From: Armatimonadota bacterium | GTDB taxonomy: Bacteria > Armatimonadota > JAAZEB01 | Direction of reading: 5' to 3' | DNA: 64,000 bases | Assembly (NCBI GenBank): GCA_012512265.1 | Contig: JAAZEM010000118.1 | Location: 6,679-70,678 of the forward strand | Part shown: in pieces, positions 19,228 through 28,468 of the stretch | How the letters are laid out: the number at the start of each line of letters is the position of its first letter | Numbering within the stretch: position 1 is the stretch's first letter | Position numbers and translations under genes: made by a program | The notes under the pieces: generated by a model | What the model was told of the DNA's origin: nothing | Seen by the model: the letters and a program-made list of their open reading frames with translations, nothing else | Database searches by the model: none

Positions 19228-21498
19228 ATGCGTGAATTGGACGTAATGCCGCGTTGTGAACCGGAGACACTTCGGTTTGGAGAGATACCCAAGTGCCGCT
19301 ATTCAGGGACGCTGCGCGCTGAGATTGAGGCGGGGCGGATCACCCCGCAAGCAGCCCGCGAGATGCTGGAGACGATGTTCCTGGTGCGCGCCTTCGAGGC
19401 GCTCATCGTGGACATGAAGAACAACAAGTTCTCGCCGGCGCCCGGGTTCAAGTTTATCGGCGCCAGCCACCTCTCCATCGGTCAGGAGGCAGTGGCCGTC
19501 GGCGTGATGGCCGCGACCCGCGGCGATGATTACATCACCAGCACCCACCGCGGGCACGGCCACTCCATCGCGAAAGGCGTCTACGCGCTGCGTGCCATGG
19601 ATGCCGAGCAGCTCAAAAACTGGCTTGGTGACCCGAATGCTCAGGGCACCCGGGAGGAGCTGCTACAGCGCGCCCTGAAGACCCACCTCTATAAGACCGT
19701 GGCGGAGCTGTTCGGCAAGGAAGACGGCTACTGTCGCGGTCGCGGCGGCGGCATGCACATCGCCGATTTCCACCTTGGTCACCTGGGCGCGAACGCCATC
19801 GTGGGTGGCAGCAGCGCCATTGCCGCCGGCGCGGCGCTCGCCGCACAGCGCCTGGGCGAGGGGAAGATCTGCGTCGGCATCGTCGGTGATGGCGCCACGA
19901 ACAACGGCATCTTCCACGAAGCGTGCAACTTCGCCGCCCAGGATCAGTTCAAGAAGGGAATCCCCCTCCTCTTCGTCATCGAGAACAACCAGTACGGCAT
20001 GACCGGCCAGCAGGCGGGCGAAGTGACCGGCGTCGACTATCTTGCCCGGCGCGGCGCCGCCTACAACAAGGAAATGATGCACGCCGAGGTCGTGGATGGC
20101 ATGAACGTCCTCGCGGTTTGGGATGCTGTCTTGCGCGGGGCCGCTCTTTGCCGGAGTGACCAGGGTCCCGTGCTCCTCGAGGCGCTCTGCTATCGCTACT
20201 ACGGGCACTCGCTCAGCGATAACCGCACCACCTACCGCACGCCCGAGGAGGAGGAGGCCTGGCGCAACAACGATCCCATCGCCCGATTCTCCCGGGAGGT
20301 GGTGGCTGCCGGCGTGATGACCCAGGCCGAGGTGGCCGCCATGGAGCAGGCGTGCACCGACGCGATGCGCCAGGCCGCCATCGACGCCGCCGCGAGTGCC
20401 GACCCAGACCCGGCGCAGATCGAGGAGGGGCTTTTCTCCAACACGATGTGCGACGAGGTGCCGGCCCGCTTCAAGCACACCAAGCTCGTGGGTGAGCTGC
20501 GTCGCGCACGCCGCGACGGTCAGGGTCGTATCCTCTATCGCCACGCCATCGCCGAGGCGCTCGCCGAAGAGATGCTCCGCGATGAGCGCGTCATCTTCTA
20601 TGGCGAGGATGTCGCCGATTACGGCGGCGCGTTCCAGGCGACGGTTGGCCTTCTCGCCGCTTTCGGCCGCGACCGCGTCTTCAACGCGCCTATCTCCGAG
20701 GCGTGCATCGTCGGCACGGCCGTTGGCGCCGCGATGGTCGGCTTGCGGCCCGTCTGCGAGATCATGTACATCGACTTCATGGGCCTCACCATGGACCAGA
20801 CGGGTAACCAGGCGGCCAAAGTGCGCTACATGTTTGGCGGCAAGGCGCTGGTGCCGATGGTCGTGCGCACCACCGTGGGTGGCGGCAAGGGGTATGCTGG
20901 CCAGCACTCGCAGAGCCTCGAGGCGATGTGCACCATGTTCCCCGGCCTGAAGGTGGTCATGCCCTCGACAGCCTATGACGCCAAGGGCCTGCTCAAGACC
21001 GCCATTCGCGATAACGACCCGGTGATCTTCATCGAGCACCAGCTTCTCTACACCGAGAGGGGAGTCGTGCCGGAGGAAGAGTACCTGGTGCCGTTCGGGC
21101 AGGCGGCGATCCGCCGCGAGGGGAAAGACCTCACGATTGTCGCCTACAGCCGCATGGTCGATGTGGCCCTCGAAGCCGCCGAGATGCTCGCCGCCGAGGG
21201 GATCCAGGCCGAGGTGATCGACCCGCGCACGCTCATCCCCTTCGACTACGACGCGGTGACGGCATCGGTCGAGAAGACGGGCCGGGCGCTGCTCCTCTGC
21301 CAGGCGCCAGAGACGGGCTGCTTCGCGGAGCATATCGCCTACCAGACGCAGAAGCGCGCATGGAAGAGCCTCAAGGCCCCCGTGCGCATCGTCGCCGCCT
21401 ACAACGTGCCGCCGCCAATGTCCGCCGTTCTCGAGATGGAGAACCTGCCGGACGCGGCCAAGGTGGTGCGCAACGCGCGCGAGCTTCTCGCCGAGTAA
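19228..21498 (+). CDS. 2-oxoacid/acetoin dehydrogenase E1 alpha-beta fusion
   Basis: HLSIGQEA, THRGHGH, GRGGGMH, GDGA...ENNQY TPP motif, then beta-subunit GEDV, PISE, QHSQS, IDPRTL. Confidence 0.92.
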   Translation: MRELDVMPRCEPETLRFGEIPKCRYSGTLRAEIEAGRITPQAAREMLETMFLVRAFEALIVDMKNNKFSPAPGFKFIGASHLSIGQEAVAVGVMAATRGDDYITSTHRGHGHSIAKGVYALRAMDAEQLKNWLGDPNAQGTREELLQRALKTHLYKTVAELFGKEDGYCRGRGGGMHIADFHLGHLGANAIVGGSSAIAAGAALAAQRLGEGKICVGIVGDGATNNGIFHEACNFAAQDQFKKGIPLLFVIENNQYGMTGQQAGEVTGVDYLARRGAAYNKEMMHAEVVDGMNVLAVWDAVLRGAALCRSDQGPVLLEALCYRYYGHSLSDNRTTYRTPEEEEAWRNNDPIARFSREVVAAGVMTQAEVAAMEQACTDAMRQAAIDAAASADPDPAQIEEGLFSNTMCDEVPARFKHTKLVGELRRARRDGQGRILYRHAIAEALAEEMLRDERVIFYGEDVADYGGAFQATVGLLAAFGRDRVFNAPISEACIVGTAVGAAMVGLRPVCEIMYIDFMGLTMDQTGNQAAKVRYMFGGKALVPMVVRTTVGGGKGYAGQHSQSLEAMCTMFPGLKVVMPSTAYDAKGLLKTAIRDNDPVIFIEHQLLYTERGVVPEEEYLVPFGQAAIRREGKDLTIVAYSRMVDVALEAAEMLAAEGIQAEVIDPRTLIPFDYDAVTASVEKTGRALLLCQAPETGCFAEHIAYQTQKRAWKSLKAPVRIVAAYNVPPPMSAVLEMENLPDAAKVVRNARELLAE

Positions 21499-21573
21499 CC
21501 CACCCGGTAAACTGAGGCCGCCGGGGCGTCTAACGCACGCCCCGGCGGTTCCCCTTCACAATACGGGCGAGCA

Positions 21574-21631
21574 GCGAACATTCACTGTTCGCCCTGCCTC
21601 ACTGGAAACAAGGCGAACACTAAAGGTTTGC
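21574..21631. repeat. Pair of short palindromes (REP-like) between convergent genes
   Basis: GCGAACATTCACTGTTCGC (21574-21592) and GCGAACACTAAAGGTTTGC (21613-21631). Confidence 0.55.
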
Positions 21632-21813
21632 CCCCGCACATATTCGCATCCAGCCAACCGCGCACGCCCAAGAAAGGTCCTTCGGGCCACGCGACCCAGC
21701 CTTGCAGGGCATCGCCCCATCCGGAGCTCTCCTCATCCCCCCCGCGGCAGCCCCCCTTCCCTGGGGCCGGCGTGCAGCCGGAGGACAGGGAAGGAGCCGG
21801 GGATTAGGCCGGG

Positions 21814-23337
21814 CTACTTCGCGTACTCGACCATGCGCGTCTCACGGATGACGGTCACCTTGATCTGACCCGGGTATTCCAGCTCGGATTCGATGCGCTT
21901 CACGATGTCTCGCGCGAGTTTGGCGGCGCCCTCATCAGTCACCCGGTCCGGCTTCACCATCACCCGAATCTCCCGGCCGGCCTGCACGGCGAAGGTCTTC
22001 TCCACCCCATCGAACGAATCGCCCAGCTGCTCCAGAGTTTCCAGACGCTTGACGTAGGTCTCCAGGCCCTCGCGACGGGCTCCGGGACGCGCGGCGGAGA
22101 TGGCATCGGCGGCCTGGACCAGAACGGCGTAGGCGCTGTCCTGGTCCACATCGGCGTGGTGCGCGGCAATCGCCTGGACCACCTCGCGCGGCTCGCCATG
22201 CTTGCGTGCGAGGTCGGCACCGATCGTCGCATGCGGGCCATCCGTCTCGAAATCGACCGCCTTGCCCAGGTCGTGAAACAGGCCGGCCCGCTTGGCGAGG
22301 AGAGGATCCAGGCCCAGTTCAGAGGCCATGGCGGCCGCCAGATAGGCGACCTCCATCGAGTGCTTCAAGACGTTTTGCCCGTAGCTGGTGCGGTAGCGCA
22401 GCCGGCCGAGGATCTTGATCAGCTCCGGATCCACGCCAGAGAGTCCCGTATCCAGGATGGCGCGCTCGCCGGCCATCTTGATCTCCTGCTCTACCTGGGC
22501 GCGCGCCTTCTGCACCATCTCCTCAATGCGCGCGGGATGGATCCGGCCGTCAAGCACCAGGTTTTCGAGGGCAATGCGCGCGATCTCCCGCCGGACCACA
22601 TCGAAGGCTGAGATGACGACCGCCTCGGGGGTGTCGTCGATGATCAGGTCGACACCGGTGAGCGTTTCAAAGGCGCGGATGTTGCGGCCCTCGCGGCCGA
22701 TGATGCGCCCCTTCATGTCGTCGTTGGGGAGCGTGACGACTGAGACCGTGGTCTCCGCGGTCTGGTCCACGGCGCACTTCTGGATCGCCAGGGTGATCAC
22801 CTTGCGCGCGCGCTGCTCGGCCTCTTCAATCGCCTCGGCCTCAATCGCTTTCACCAGGCGGGCCGCGTCGAGCTGGCACTCCTCTTCCACGCGGCGAAGG
22901 ATGATTTGACGGGCTTCCTCGGCAGGAAGCTGAGCCACGCGCTCCAACTCCTGGCGCTGAGCCTCTACCAGGCGGCTTGCCTCCTCGTGCAGGCGGTTTG
23001 CTTCTTGCTCTTTCTGTTGGGTCTGGCGCTCGCGGCGCTCCAACGCGGCCTGGCGGCGTTCAATATTCTCCTCACGCTGGCTAATCCGCCGTTCCGAGCG
23101 CTGCAGATCGGCGCGGCGCTCGCGGATTTCGCGTTCCGCCTCAGTGCGTAGGCGCTGAATCTCCTCGCGTGCCTCGAGGATCGCCTCCCGCTTTTTCGCT
23201 TCTTTCTGCTCTTCCGCTTCCTCTAGGATCCGATCCGCCTCTCGCTCCTTTAGGCGAAGGTTCATCAACGCTCGAAAATAGACCAGAAAGAGGAAGAAGA
23301 TAATGAGAGATACCTGGACCAGTTCCCACTTGCCCAT
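21814..23337 (-). CDS. rny: Ribonuclease Y
   Basis: N-terminal TM, coiled coil, KH domain [15 protein letters not shown] domain [17 protein letters not shown]. Confidence 0.97.
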   Translation of the reverse strand: MGKWELVQVSLIIFFLFLVYFRALMNLRLKEREADRILEEAEEQKEAKKREAILEAREEIQRLRTEAEREIRERRADLQRSERRISQREENIERRQAALERRERQTQQKEQEANRLHEEASRLVEAQRQELERVAQLPAEEARQIILRRVEEECQLDAARLVKAIEAEAIEEAEQRARKVITLAIQKCAVDQTAETTVSVVTLPNDDMKGRIIGREGRNIRAFETLTGVDLIIDDTPEAVVISAFDVVRREIARIALENLVLDGRIHPARIEEMVQKARAQVEQEIKMAGERAILDTGLSGVDPELIKILGRLRYRTSYGQNVLKHSMEVAYLAAAMASELGLDPLLAKRAGLFHDLGKAVDFETDGPHATIGADLARKHGEPREVVQAIAAHHADVDQDSAYAVLVQAADAISAARPGARREGLETYVKRLETLEQLGDSFDGVEKTFAVQAGREIRVMVKPDRVTDEGAAKLARDIVKRIESELEYPGQIKVTVIRETRMVEYAK

Positions 23338-23536
23338 TGCTATACTCTCCTAACCTTCCGTCCCGGCCCAGGCAGGCAGCGCTCTGGAGAGCGAGCAAGG
23401 GCTATGGCAAAGTGTGCAGTCGGCCGCTCTGGATGCCTACCCGCAGGGCGCATCCAGGATGCGTCCCGCGCGTACACCCTGCTTGCACAACCATCTATCG
23501 GCTCAATGCGTGCCCGGCTTCCACGTCCGGCGCCAC

Positions 23537-24166
23537 TCACTCGGGAGGAAGGACCATACTCAGTACTCTTGAGATCGTTTCGTATGCAAAGCCCCGCCTT
23601 TGCAGGAACAGGGCAATCTTCCGGCGCTGCACCTCCGGCGCCTCATCGCGGAGCCGTTCGTAGCGGCGCTGCGCCACTTGGAGGGCGAGGGGATACTCCG
23701 ACTCCTCGCCAATCTCTGCCAGGCTCTCTTCCACCACCTGAGGCTCTATGCCCCGCGAGCGAAGCTCCCACTCGAGACGGCGCCGGCCCGACCGGCCTGA
23801 AGAGATCCGGCTACGTACAAAGGTCTCGGCAAACTGCCGGTCATCCACCAGGCCAGAACCACGCAGGTCAGCCAGAGCGCGCTCGATGACCTCATCCGTA
23901 AACTGCTTCGCGCGCAATCTGCTTCTCAGCTCCGCTTCGCTGTAAGCCCGGTAGGAAAGAAGCCGAAAGAGCGATTCCTTGGCGCGCCGCAACTCCGTGG
24001 CGGCGATCACGGCCTCCAGACGCTCTGGAGAGAGCTCCTGGCCCACCGCAAGGCGGTATGCGACCACCTCATCGAGGCTGACGCCAAACGCGTACTCGCC
24101 ATCGATGAAGACCGACCGACGCCGCTTATTGCGCGCCTGCTCCTTGATATCGGTTATGACGGGCAC
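23537..24166 (-). CDS. recX: Regulatory protein RecX
   Basis: SVFIDGEYAF N-terminus, LLSYRAYSEAEL, LVDDRQFA, ELRSRGI, LQRRGF. Confidence 0.92.
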   Translation of the reverse strand: MPVITDIKEQARNKRRRSVFIDGEYAFGVSLDEVVAYRLAVGQELSPERLEAVIAATELRRAKESLFRLLSYRAYSEAELRSRLRAKQFTDEVIERALADLRGSGLVDDRQFAETFVRSRISSGRSGRRRLEWELRSRGIEPQVVEESLAEIGEESEYPLALQVAQRRYERLRDEAPEVQRRKIALFLQRRGFAYETISRVLSMVLPPE

Positions 24167-24220
24167 GAAAGCCCCCTGGATCGCGAAAGGGAGTATTGGG
24201 CAGCAGCTCCTGATGCCACC

Positions 24221-24820
24221 CTACTCCCTGGCAAGTGGAAAGCACTCTATCGGCGTATAGATGGGGCCGGAGCGGCGCAGCTCGCTTTGCATCAGGACCA
24301 CGTTCTCCACTGTGATCGTGGCAATCTCCGCCCCTTCGGCCTCTGCCATGATCGCCGCGCTCAGCCCAGATGGGGCGGGTGACGCCTTCACACGCCCGAT
24401 GGTCAAGTGTGCGCGGAATGGCCGCTCCTCTGGCGCGAAGCCGCTTGCAACGGCGCTTTCCTCGGTAATGCGCGCCAGCTCTTCCAGACGGCTCTTCCCC
24501 TCGCTCACGCCCACCCAGATCGCCTGGGGCCGACGCGCGCTCGGGAACGCGCCCACACCAGCCAGCGTCAGCGAGAACGCCTTTTGATCAGAGAGGGTTC
24601 GAAGGAGGGTCTGAGCAAGACGCTGCACAAGCTCGGGAGGGCTGTTGCCGAGGAAACGCAGCGTGACGTGGAAATTCTCTGGTTCGACCCACTTCACTCC
24701 TGCAAAGCCGCGCAGTCGGCGCTGGACCCCTTCCACGCACGACCGCGCATCCTCGGGAAGAGGCACCGCCACGAACGCACGGATCGCCCCTTCGCCGCTC
24801 CAACGCTGATTTATGCCCAC
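24221..24820 (-). CDS. thpR: RNA 2',3'-cyclic phosphodiesterase (2H family)
   Basis: RAFVAV, HVTL and HLTI 2H motifs, SEL...GPIY. Confidence 0.93.
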   Translation of the reverse strand: MGINQRWSGEGAIRAFVAVPLPEDARSCVEGVQRRLRGFAGVKWVEPENFHVTLRFLGNSPPELVQRLAQTLLRTLSDQKAFSLTLAGVGAFPSARRPQAIWVGVSEGKSRLEELARITEESAVASGFAPEERPFRAHLTIGRVKASPAPSGLSAAIMAEAEGAEIATITVENVVLMQSELRRSGPIYTPIECFPLARE

Positions 24821-25073
24821 TGCCAGTCACTTCCCGTGATACGCCGGCCAGGTCATGCCCTGGCGTGCGCCCCGCTCCCCACCAGGCTGGTGTCATCCAC
24901 CGAAGCACTCTCCGGCATCTCCAGCAGCCTCAGGCAGGATCGCGCGGCGCCTCCGCACTCGGAGCGTGCAGCAGCGCGCGCTTTGGAGAACGCGCCGGCA
25001 CACGCACGAGATCAATCCGATGGCGTGAGCGGATCTCTCCGGATCCTGACGGAGGATCAACCGTCTCGTGGTG

Positions 25074-25544
25074 TCACGGGTTGAAAGGCACCGATGGCAG
25101 ACCCGAAGCGTCTGGAGCCGCGACGCGGATCTCGCGCTCGACCCGGTCGGATTGGACGCCCGCGACATCTGTTGCGAAGACGGAGAGCCTGTAGTGAACC
25201 GGCTGTCCATCGGGGCGCGTGTTGGCTGGCACATCGACCGATGTCTGATACACATTCGCCCCGCCAGTGACAGGCACGAGAGGATAGAGCTTCGTCTCCG
25301 GTTTCTGCGTGTTCAGAAGAGATCTTTCCGCGGTGACGGCATGGATAGCCCGCTCGCTGTCAACCGTCACGCGAAGGGTTATCTTCCCTCCATCAAAGCT
25401 GAAACGAAGATCCTCAGGGGTAATCTCAACACTCCGGAGCACCGGCGCCTGCTGGGTCATGCGAACAGTGGCGCTCGACCCTCCACATCCGGGAAAAAGC
25501 AGGATTGATGTGACGAACGCTGCGGCGAGCGGCAGCCATTTCAT
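25074..25544 (-). CDS. Hypothetical lipoprotein
   Basis: MKWLPLAAAFVTSILLFPG-C lipobox; AAAGGAG RBS; beta-rich sequence. Confidence 0.7.
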   Translation of the reverse strand: MKWLPLAAAFVTSILLFPGCGGSSATVRMTQQAPVLRSVEITPEDLRFSFDGGKITLRVTVDSERAIHAVTAERSLLNTQKPETKLYPLVPVTGGANVYQTSVDVPANTRPDGQPVHYRLSVFATDVAGVQSDRVEREIRVAAPDASGLPSVPFNP

Positions 25545-25863
25545 GCAGTACACTCCTTTCCGACGCCGTAGCGAGTGTAACCCTCATCTGGCCTGTGCGC
25601 CAGGATCACGATCACCGGCTGGCAGCCAGGCGCCGGATTCGCCGAACCCTCGGTGCCGACAGCAAGACCACCCTATCCGGGAAGATACACCGGGTAATCC
25701 GTGGAGAGTGCGGCACGGCCATCCGGAAAACCCTGGCCAAAGCCGGTCCAGCCCGCCCTCACGCCGGATCCCCCCCTGGCCATCTCGATGCCAGGGCAGG
25801 GCCTCTTTAGCAGCGACCACTCCAGAAGGAGAATACCTGCCGGAGTGCCAATCGCCTGCGCGT

Positions 25864-25892
25864 ATTATAGCGTTCACTACCACGGCTGTCAA
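25864..25892 (-). promoter_or_regulatory. Perfect consensus sigma70 promoter firing away from the repeat array
   Basis: TTGACA-17 bp-TATAAT on the minus strand. Confidence 0.85.
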
Positions 25893-25947
25893 TGCCAAGC
25901 GCTCGCGAATTGCGTGCCCGCACGCCTCCACCGCGCACCCAACCGCT

Positions 25948-26607
25948 AATCATGTGTTTTCGAACAAGCCGCTGTGCAGCCACAACCCGCGCATGGATCG
26001 ACCGGTCGTGCAGCCGCATTTTGACAAGAGAGTGACAGGAATAGTGTGCTATGAGACAACTGAGGAGGGGGCGTCACTGGGCAATGCTGTGTTTCGGGAC
26101 AAGAGCGCGCCTCGTGGCGCCTTTTCGCCAGGCTGGCTCGCTAGATGAGGGAACTCAATAGTGTGTTTTCGGACAACTCGAACGGGCCCGGCGGGTCGAT
26201 CCCGCGCACGCTTCCGGCGAGACCGGAGTCCGCCGACGCCAGATCAGCCTGCCAGCACCCGTCCAGCGACGATCCCGCCCGCCGGGGTGCCGGAGAAACG
26301 CCGGAATCTTGCTCCAAAAGCCGGCGAACAGCCCCAAAATAGTGTGTTTTGGAGCAGTACGCCACCATTTGCCCCCGATTCGGCCCCGAAACCGCCCCCG
26401 TCTACCGCCCGGGTACGGTAGAATAGTGTGTCACCGAGCAAGCGCCGGTCGAAGGCACACTTCTGTTCCCTGTGCCTTCGGGCAAGGAATACCGTGTTTC
26501 GGGGCAAGGGAATACCGTGCTACCGAGCAGGGAGTGCTGTGCTATGGGACAATTCGGCCGGCGAATATAGTGTGCTTTCAGACAACGAAAGCTGTGTTTT
26601 CAAGCAA
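25948..26607 (+). repeat. Iteron-like array: 12 degenerate 20-bp direct repeats (putative Rep-binding origin)
   Basis: Copies start at 25948, 26040, 26083, 26157, 26338, 26422, 26466, 26488, 26511, 26533, 26566, 26588; consensus about AATAGTGTGYTWYNGRRCAA; last six spacings 44, 22, 23, 22, 33, 22 bp. Confidence 0.88.
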
Positions 26608-26787
26608 ACGAGGTTTTCACGAACCCAATAACGACGCGGCTTCCAGCCATCTTCGCCGCCGTCTGAATTTGCAGACAGAGGCCTTGATCAACACTATCTG
26701 ATCAGGGCTGGTGGTGATGCTCCTCAATTAGGAAGAGGGAAGCTGTCACCCTTGTGATTCCGAGTAGTTCGTACGGGAGAGCGAGCC

Positions 26788-28200
26788 ATGACGAAGAAGG
26801 AGCCCGAGACCGTGCTACAACCTGTTGGCAAAGACGAGATGAATCTGGCGGAGTATCCCTTCACGCTCCTGACACGGCGCGTCTCCGAAAACCAGAAGAC
26901 CATCGAGGTGCAGCAACAGGTGCGCACAGAGACCGGCGAGGTGATTACCCAGAGTTGGGTGGTTACCGGAAGCGACCGCTATGGGCTGCCTCTCGCCATC
27001 GATGAGGATATCTACATCGCCCTGATGAAGATCCTGAAAGACGGGGGTTTCCGCGACCGAACCATCCCCTTCACGCGGTATCAGATCCTGCGGATCCTCG
27101 GCAAGGATATCTCGAAGCGGGAGTACGATCGCATCCAGCAGTCGCTGGACCGCCTCGTCGGCACCACGATCACTTCGAAAAACGCCTTTTGGGACAACCG
27201 CACCCGCTCCTACGTGAGTAAGGCGTTCCATATCTTCGAATCGTACGAACTGTATCGCGAGCAGCCGGGCCGAAAGAGCGCGCGTTCGCCAGAGCTGCCG
27301 ATGAGCTACGTGGTCCTCAGCTCCTTCCTCTTCGAGAGCGTCAAGTCAGGCTACGTCAAGAACCTGGATATCGAGTTTTACCTCAGCCTGCGCACGCCAC
27401 TTGCCAAACGCCTCTTCCGTTTTCTGGATAAGAAGGCGTACAACAACCGGACCTTCGAGATCGGAGTGATGCGCCTGGCAGAGAAACTCCCAGTTCACGA
27501 CGCGTTCCCCTCGCAGGTGAAGCGACGCCTCGAAGAGCCCCACAAGGAGCTGATCGAGAAGGGCTTCCTGGCCGAGGTGAACTACGCCCGCCGTCGCGAC
27601 GGCGAGGAGAAGGTCATCTACACCTTCAAGCGCCCGCGGATGAATGCCGAGGAAACGCTCACTCCCCTGGGCGATCCCACCGTCGAGATGCTGGTCGCGC
27701 GCGGAATCTCGCGCTCGGCCGCCGAAGAACTGGCAGCGCGGTTCAGCGAGGAGCATATCCAGAAGCACGTCGATGCCTTCGACCAGCTCTGCGCCGAGGA
27801 GAGCCCGCGCATCCGCCGTAACCCGGCCGGCTACCTGCGCCGGGCAATCGAGGAGGACTACGCGATTCCCGAGCCACGCCGGCCGAAGCCGACCGCGCGC
27901 GCTACCTCTGCCAAGAGCGCCGATGAAAAGCCGGCCGGGACGCGCGTCCGCAAGCGACCGGCGGGCGAGAGTGGGGCGGCAGTTCGCGACGTCGAGGAAG
28001 CCCCGCTGGCTCCGCGATCGCGCGAGGGGATCGATCCCGAGCGTCTGGAGACTCTGCGCGAGCGGGCCCGACAAATGGTGCTGGAGCGGTATCCCGTGCT
28101 GGCCCAGCGCTCCACCAGTCCCGCGTTCGATGTGATGGTGGATGCGTGTCTCGATGAGATCCTAGCCGTCGAGGGCCCCGCGACGCTAGCCGCCGAGTAG
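26788..28200 (+). CDS. Plasmid-type replication initiator protein (RepA / replication initiator protein A-like)
   Basis: GKDEMNLAEYPF N-terminal motif, FTRYQILRILG...YDRIQQSLDRL winged helix, AKRLFRFLDK, C-terminal NPAGYLRRAIEEDY; lies directly after the repeat array. Confidence 0.8.
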   Translation: MTKKEPETVLQPVGKDEMNLAEYPFTLLTRRVSENQKTIEVQQQVRTETGEVITQSWVVTGSDRYGLPLAIDEDIYIALMKILKDGGFRDRTIPFTRYQILRILGKDISKREYDRIQQSLDRLVGTTITSKNAFWDNRTRSYVSKAFHIFESYELYREQPGRKSARSPELPMSYVVLSSFLFESVKSGYVKNLDIEFYLSLRTPLAKRLFRFLDKKAYNNRTFEIGVMRLAEKLPVHDAFPSQVKRRLEEPHKELIEKGFLAEVNYARRRDGEEKVIYTFKRPRMNAEETLTPLGDPTVEMLVARGISRSAAEELAARFSEEHIQKHVDAFDQLCAEESPRIRRNPAGYLRRAIEEDYAIPEPRRPKPTARATSAKSADEKPAGTRVRKRPAGESGAAVRDVEEAPLAPRSREGIDPERLETLRERARQMVLERYPVLAQRSTSPAFDVMVDACLDEILAVEGPATLAAE

Positions 28201-28277
28201 GCGCCGGCCTGAGAGCGGGGGTTGGGAAGGCCGCGTCCGGCATCCTCACCCGCGGTATCAGCGTGGAAAATACGTTC

Positions 28278-28306
28278 TTGACCCAGACCCCCGCTTATGG
28301 TAAAAT
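28278..28306 (+). promoter_or_regulatory. Sigma70 promoter of tRNA-Glu
   Basis: TTGACC-17 bp-TAAAAT with extended -10 TG. Confidence 0.8.
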
Positions 28307-28326
28307 AAGCTGTCCGCGCGGGGAGC

Positions 28327-28401
28327 GCCCCGTTCGTCTAGAGGTCAGGACACCAGATTTTCATTCTGGCGGCAGGGGTTCGATTCCCCTACGGGGTACC
28401 A
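28327..28401 (+). tRNA. tRNA-Glu (TTC)
   Basis: Acceptor stem GCCCCGT/ACGGGGT, anticodon arm CCAGA-TTTTCAT-TCTGG, GGTTCGATTCC T-arm, encoded CCA. Confidence 0.97.
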
Positions 28402-28406
28402 TGGCG

Positions 28407-28437
28407 AGGCCGTCTTCGGTGGAAGGCGGCCTTTTTT
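28407..28437 (+). terminator. Intrinsic terminator after the tRNA
   Basis: AGGCCGTCTTC-GGTG-GAAGGCGGCCT followed by a T run. Confidence 0.85.
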
Positions 28438-28468
28438 GTGCGCTCGCGCCCTGAAGGAGTGGATTCCA

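Noticed and set aside
26021-26047. TTGACA inside the repeat array as a rep promoter
   Set aside because: The best -10 candidate (TAGTGT) is only 15 bp away and ~740 bp from the rep start; not supportable
25948-26607. CRISPR array interpretation of the 20-bp repeats
   Set aside because: Repeats are degenerate and non-palindromic, gaps range from 2 to 161 bp, and there are no cas genes in the window
25545-26787. GANTC (CcrM-type) enrichment at the candidate origin
   Set aside because: I count about five sites in ~1.2 kb, roughly chance level for this base composition
28327-28401. tRNA-Glu as the integration site of a Rep-carrying island
   Set aside because: No integrase and no duplicated tRNA end seen; rep lies 5' of the tRNA, and a housekeeping-type gene follows its terminator
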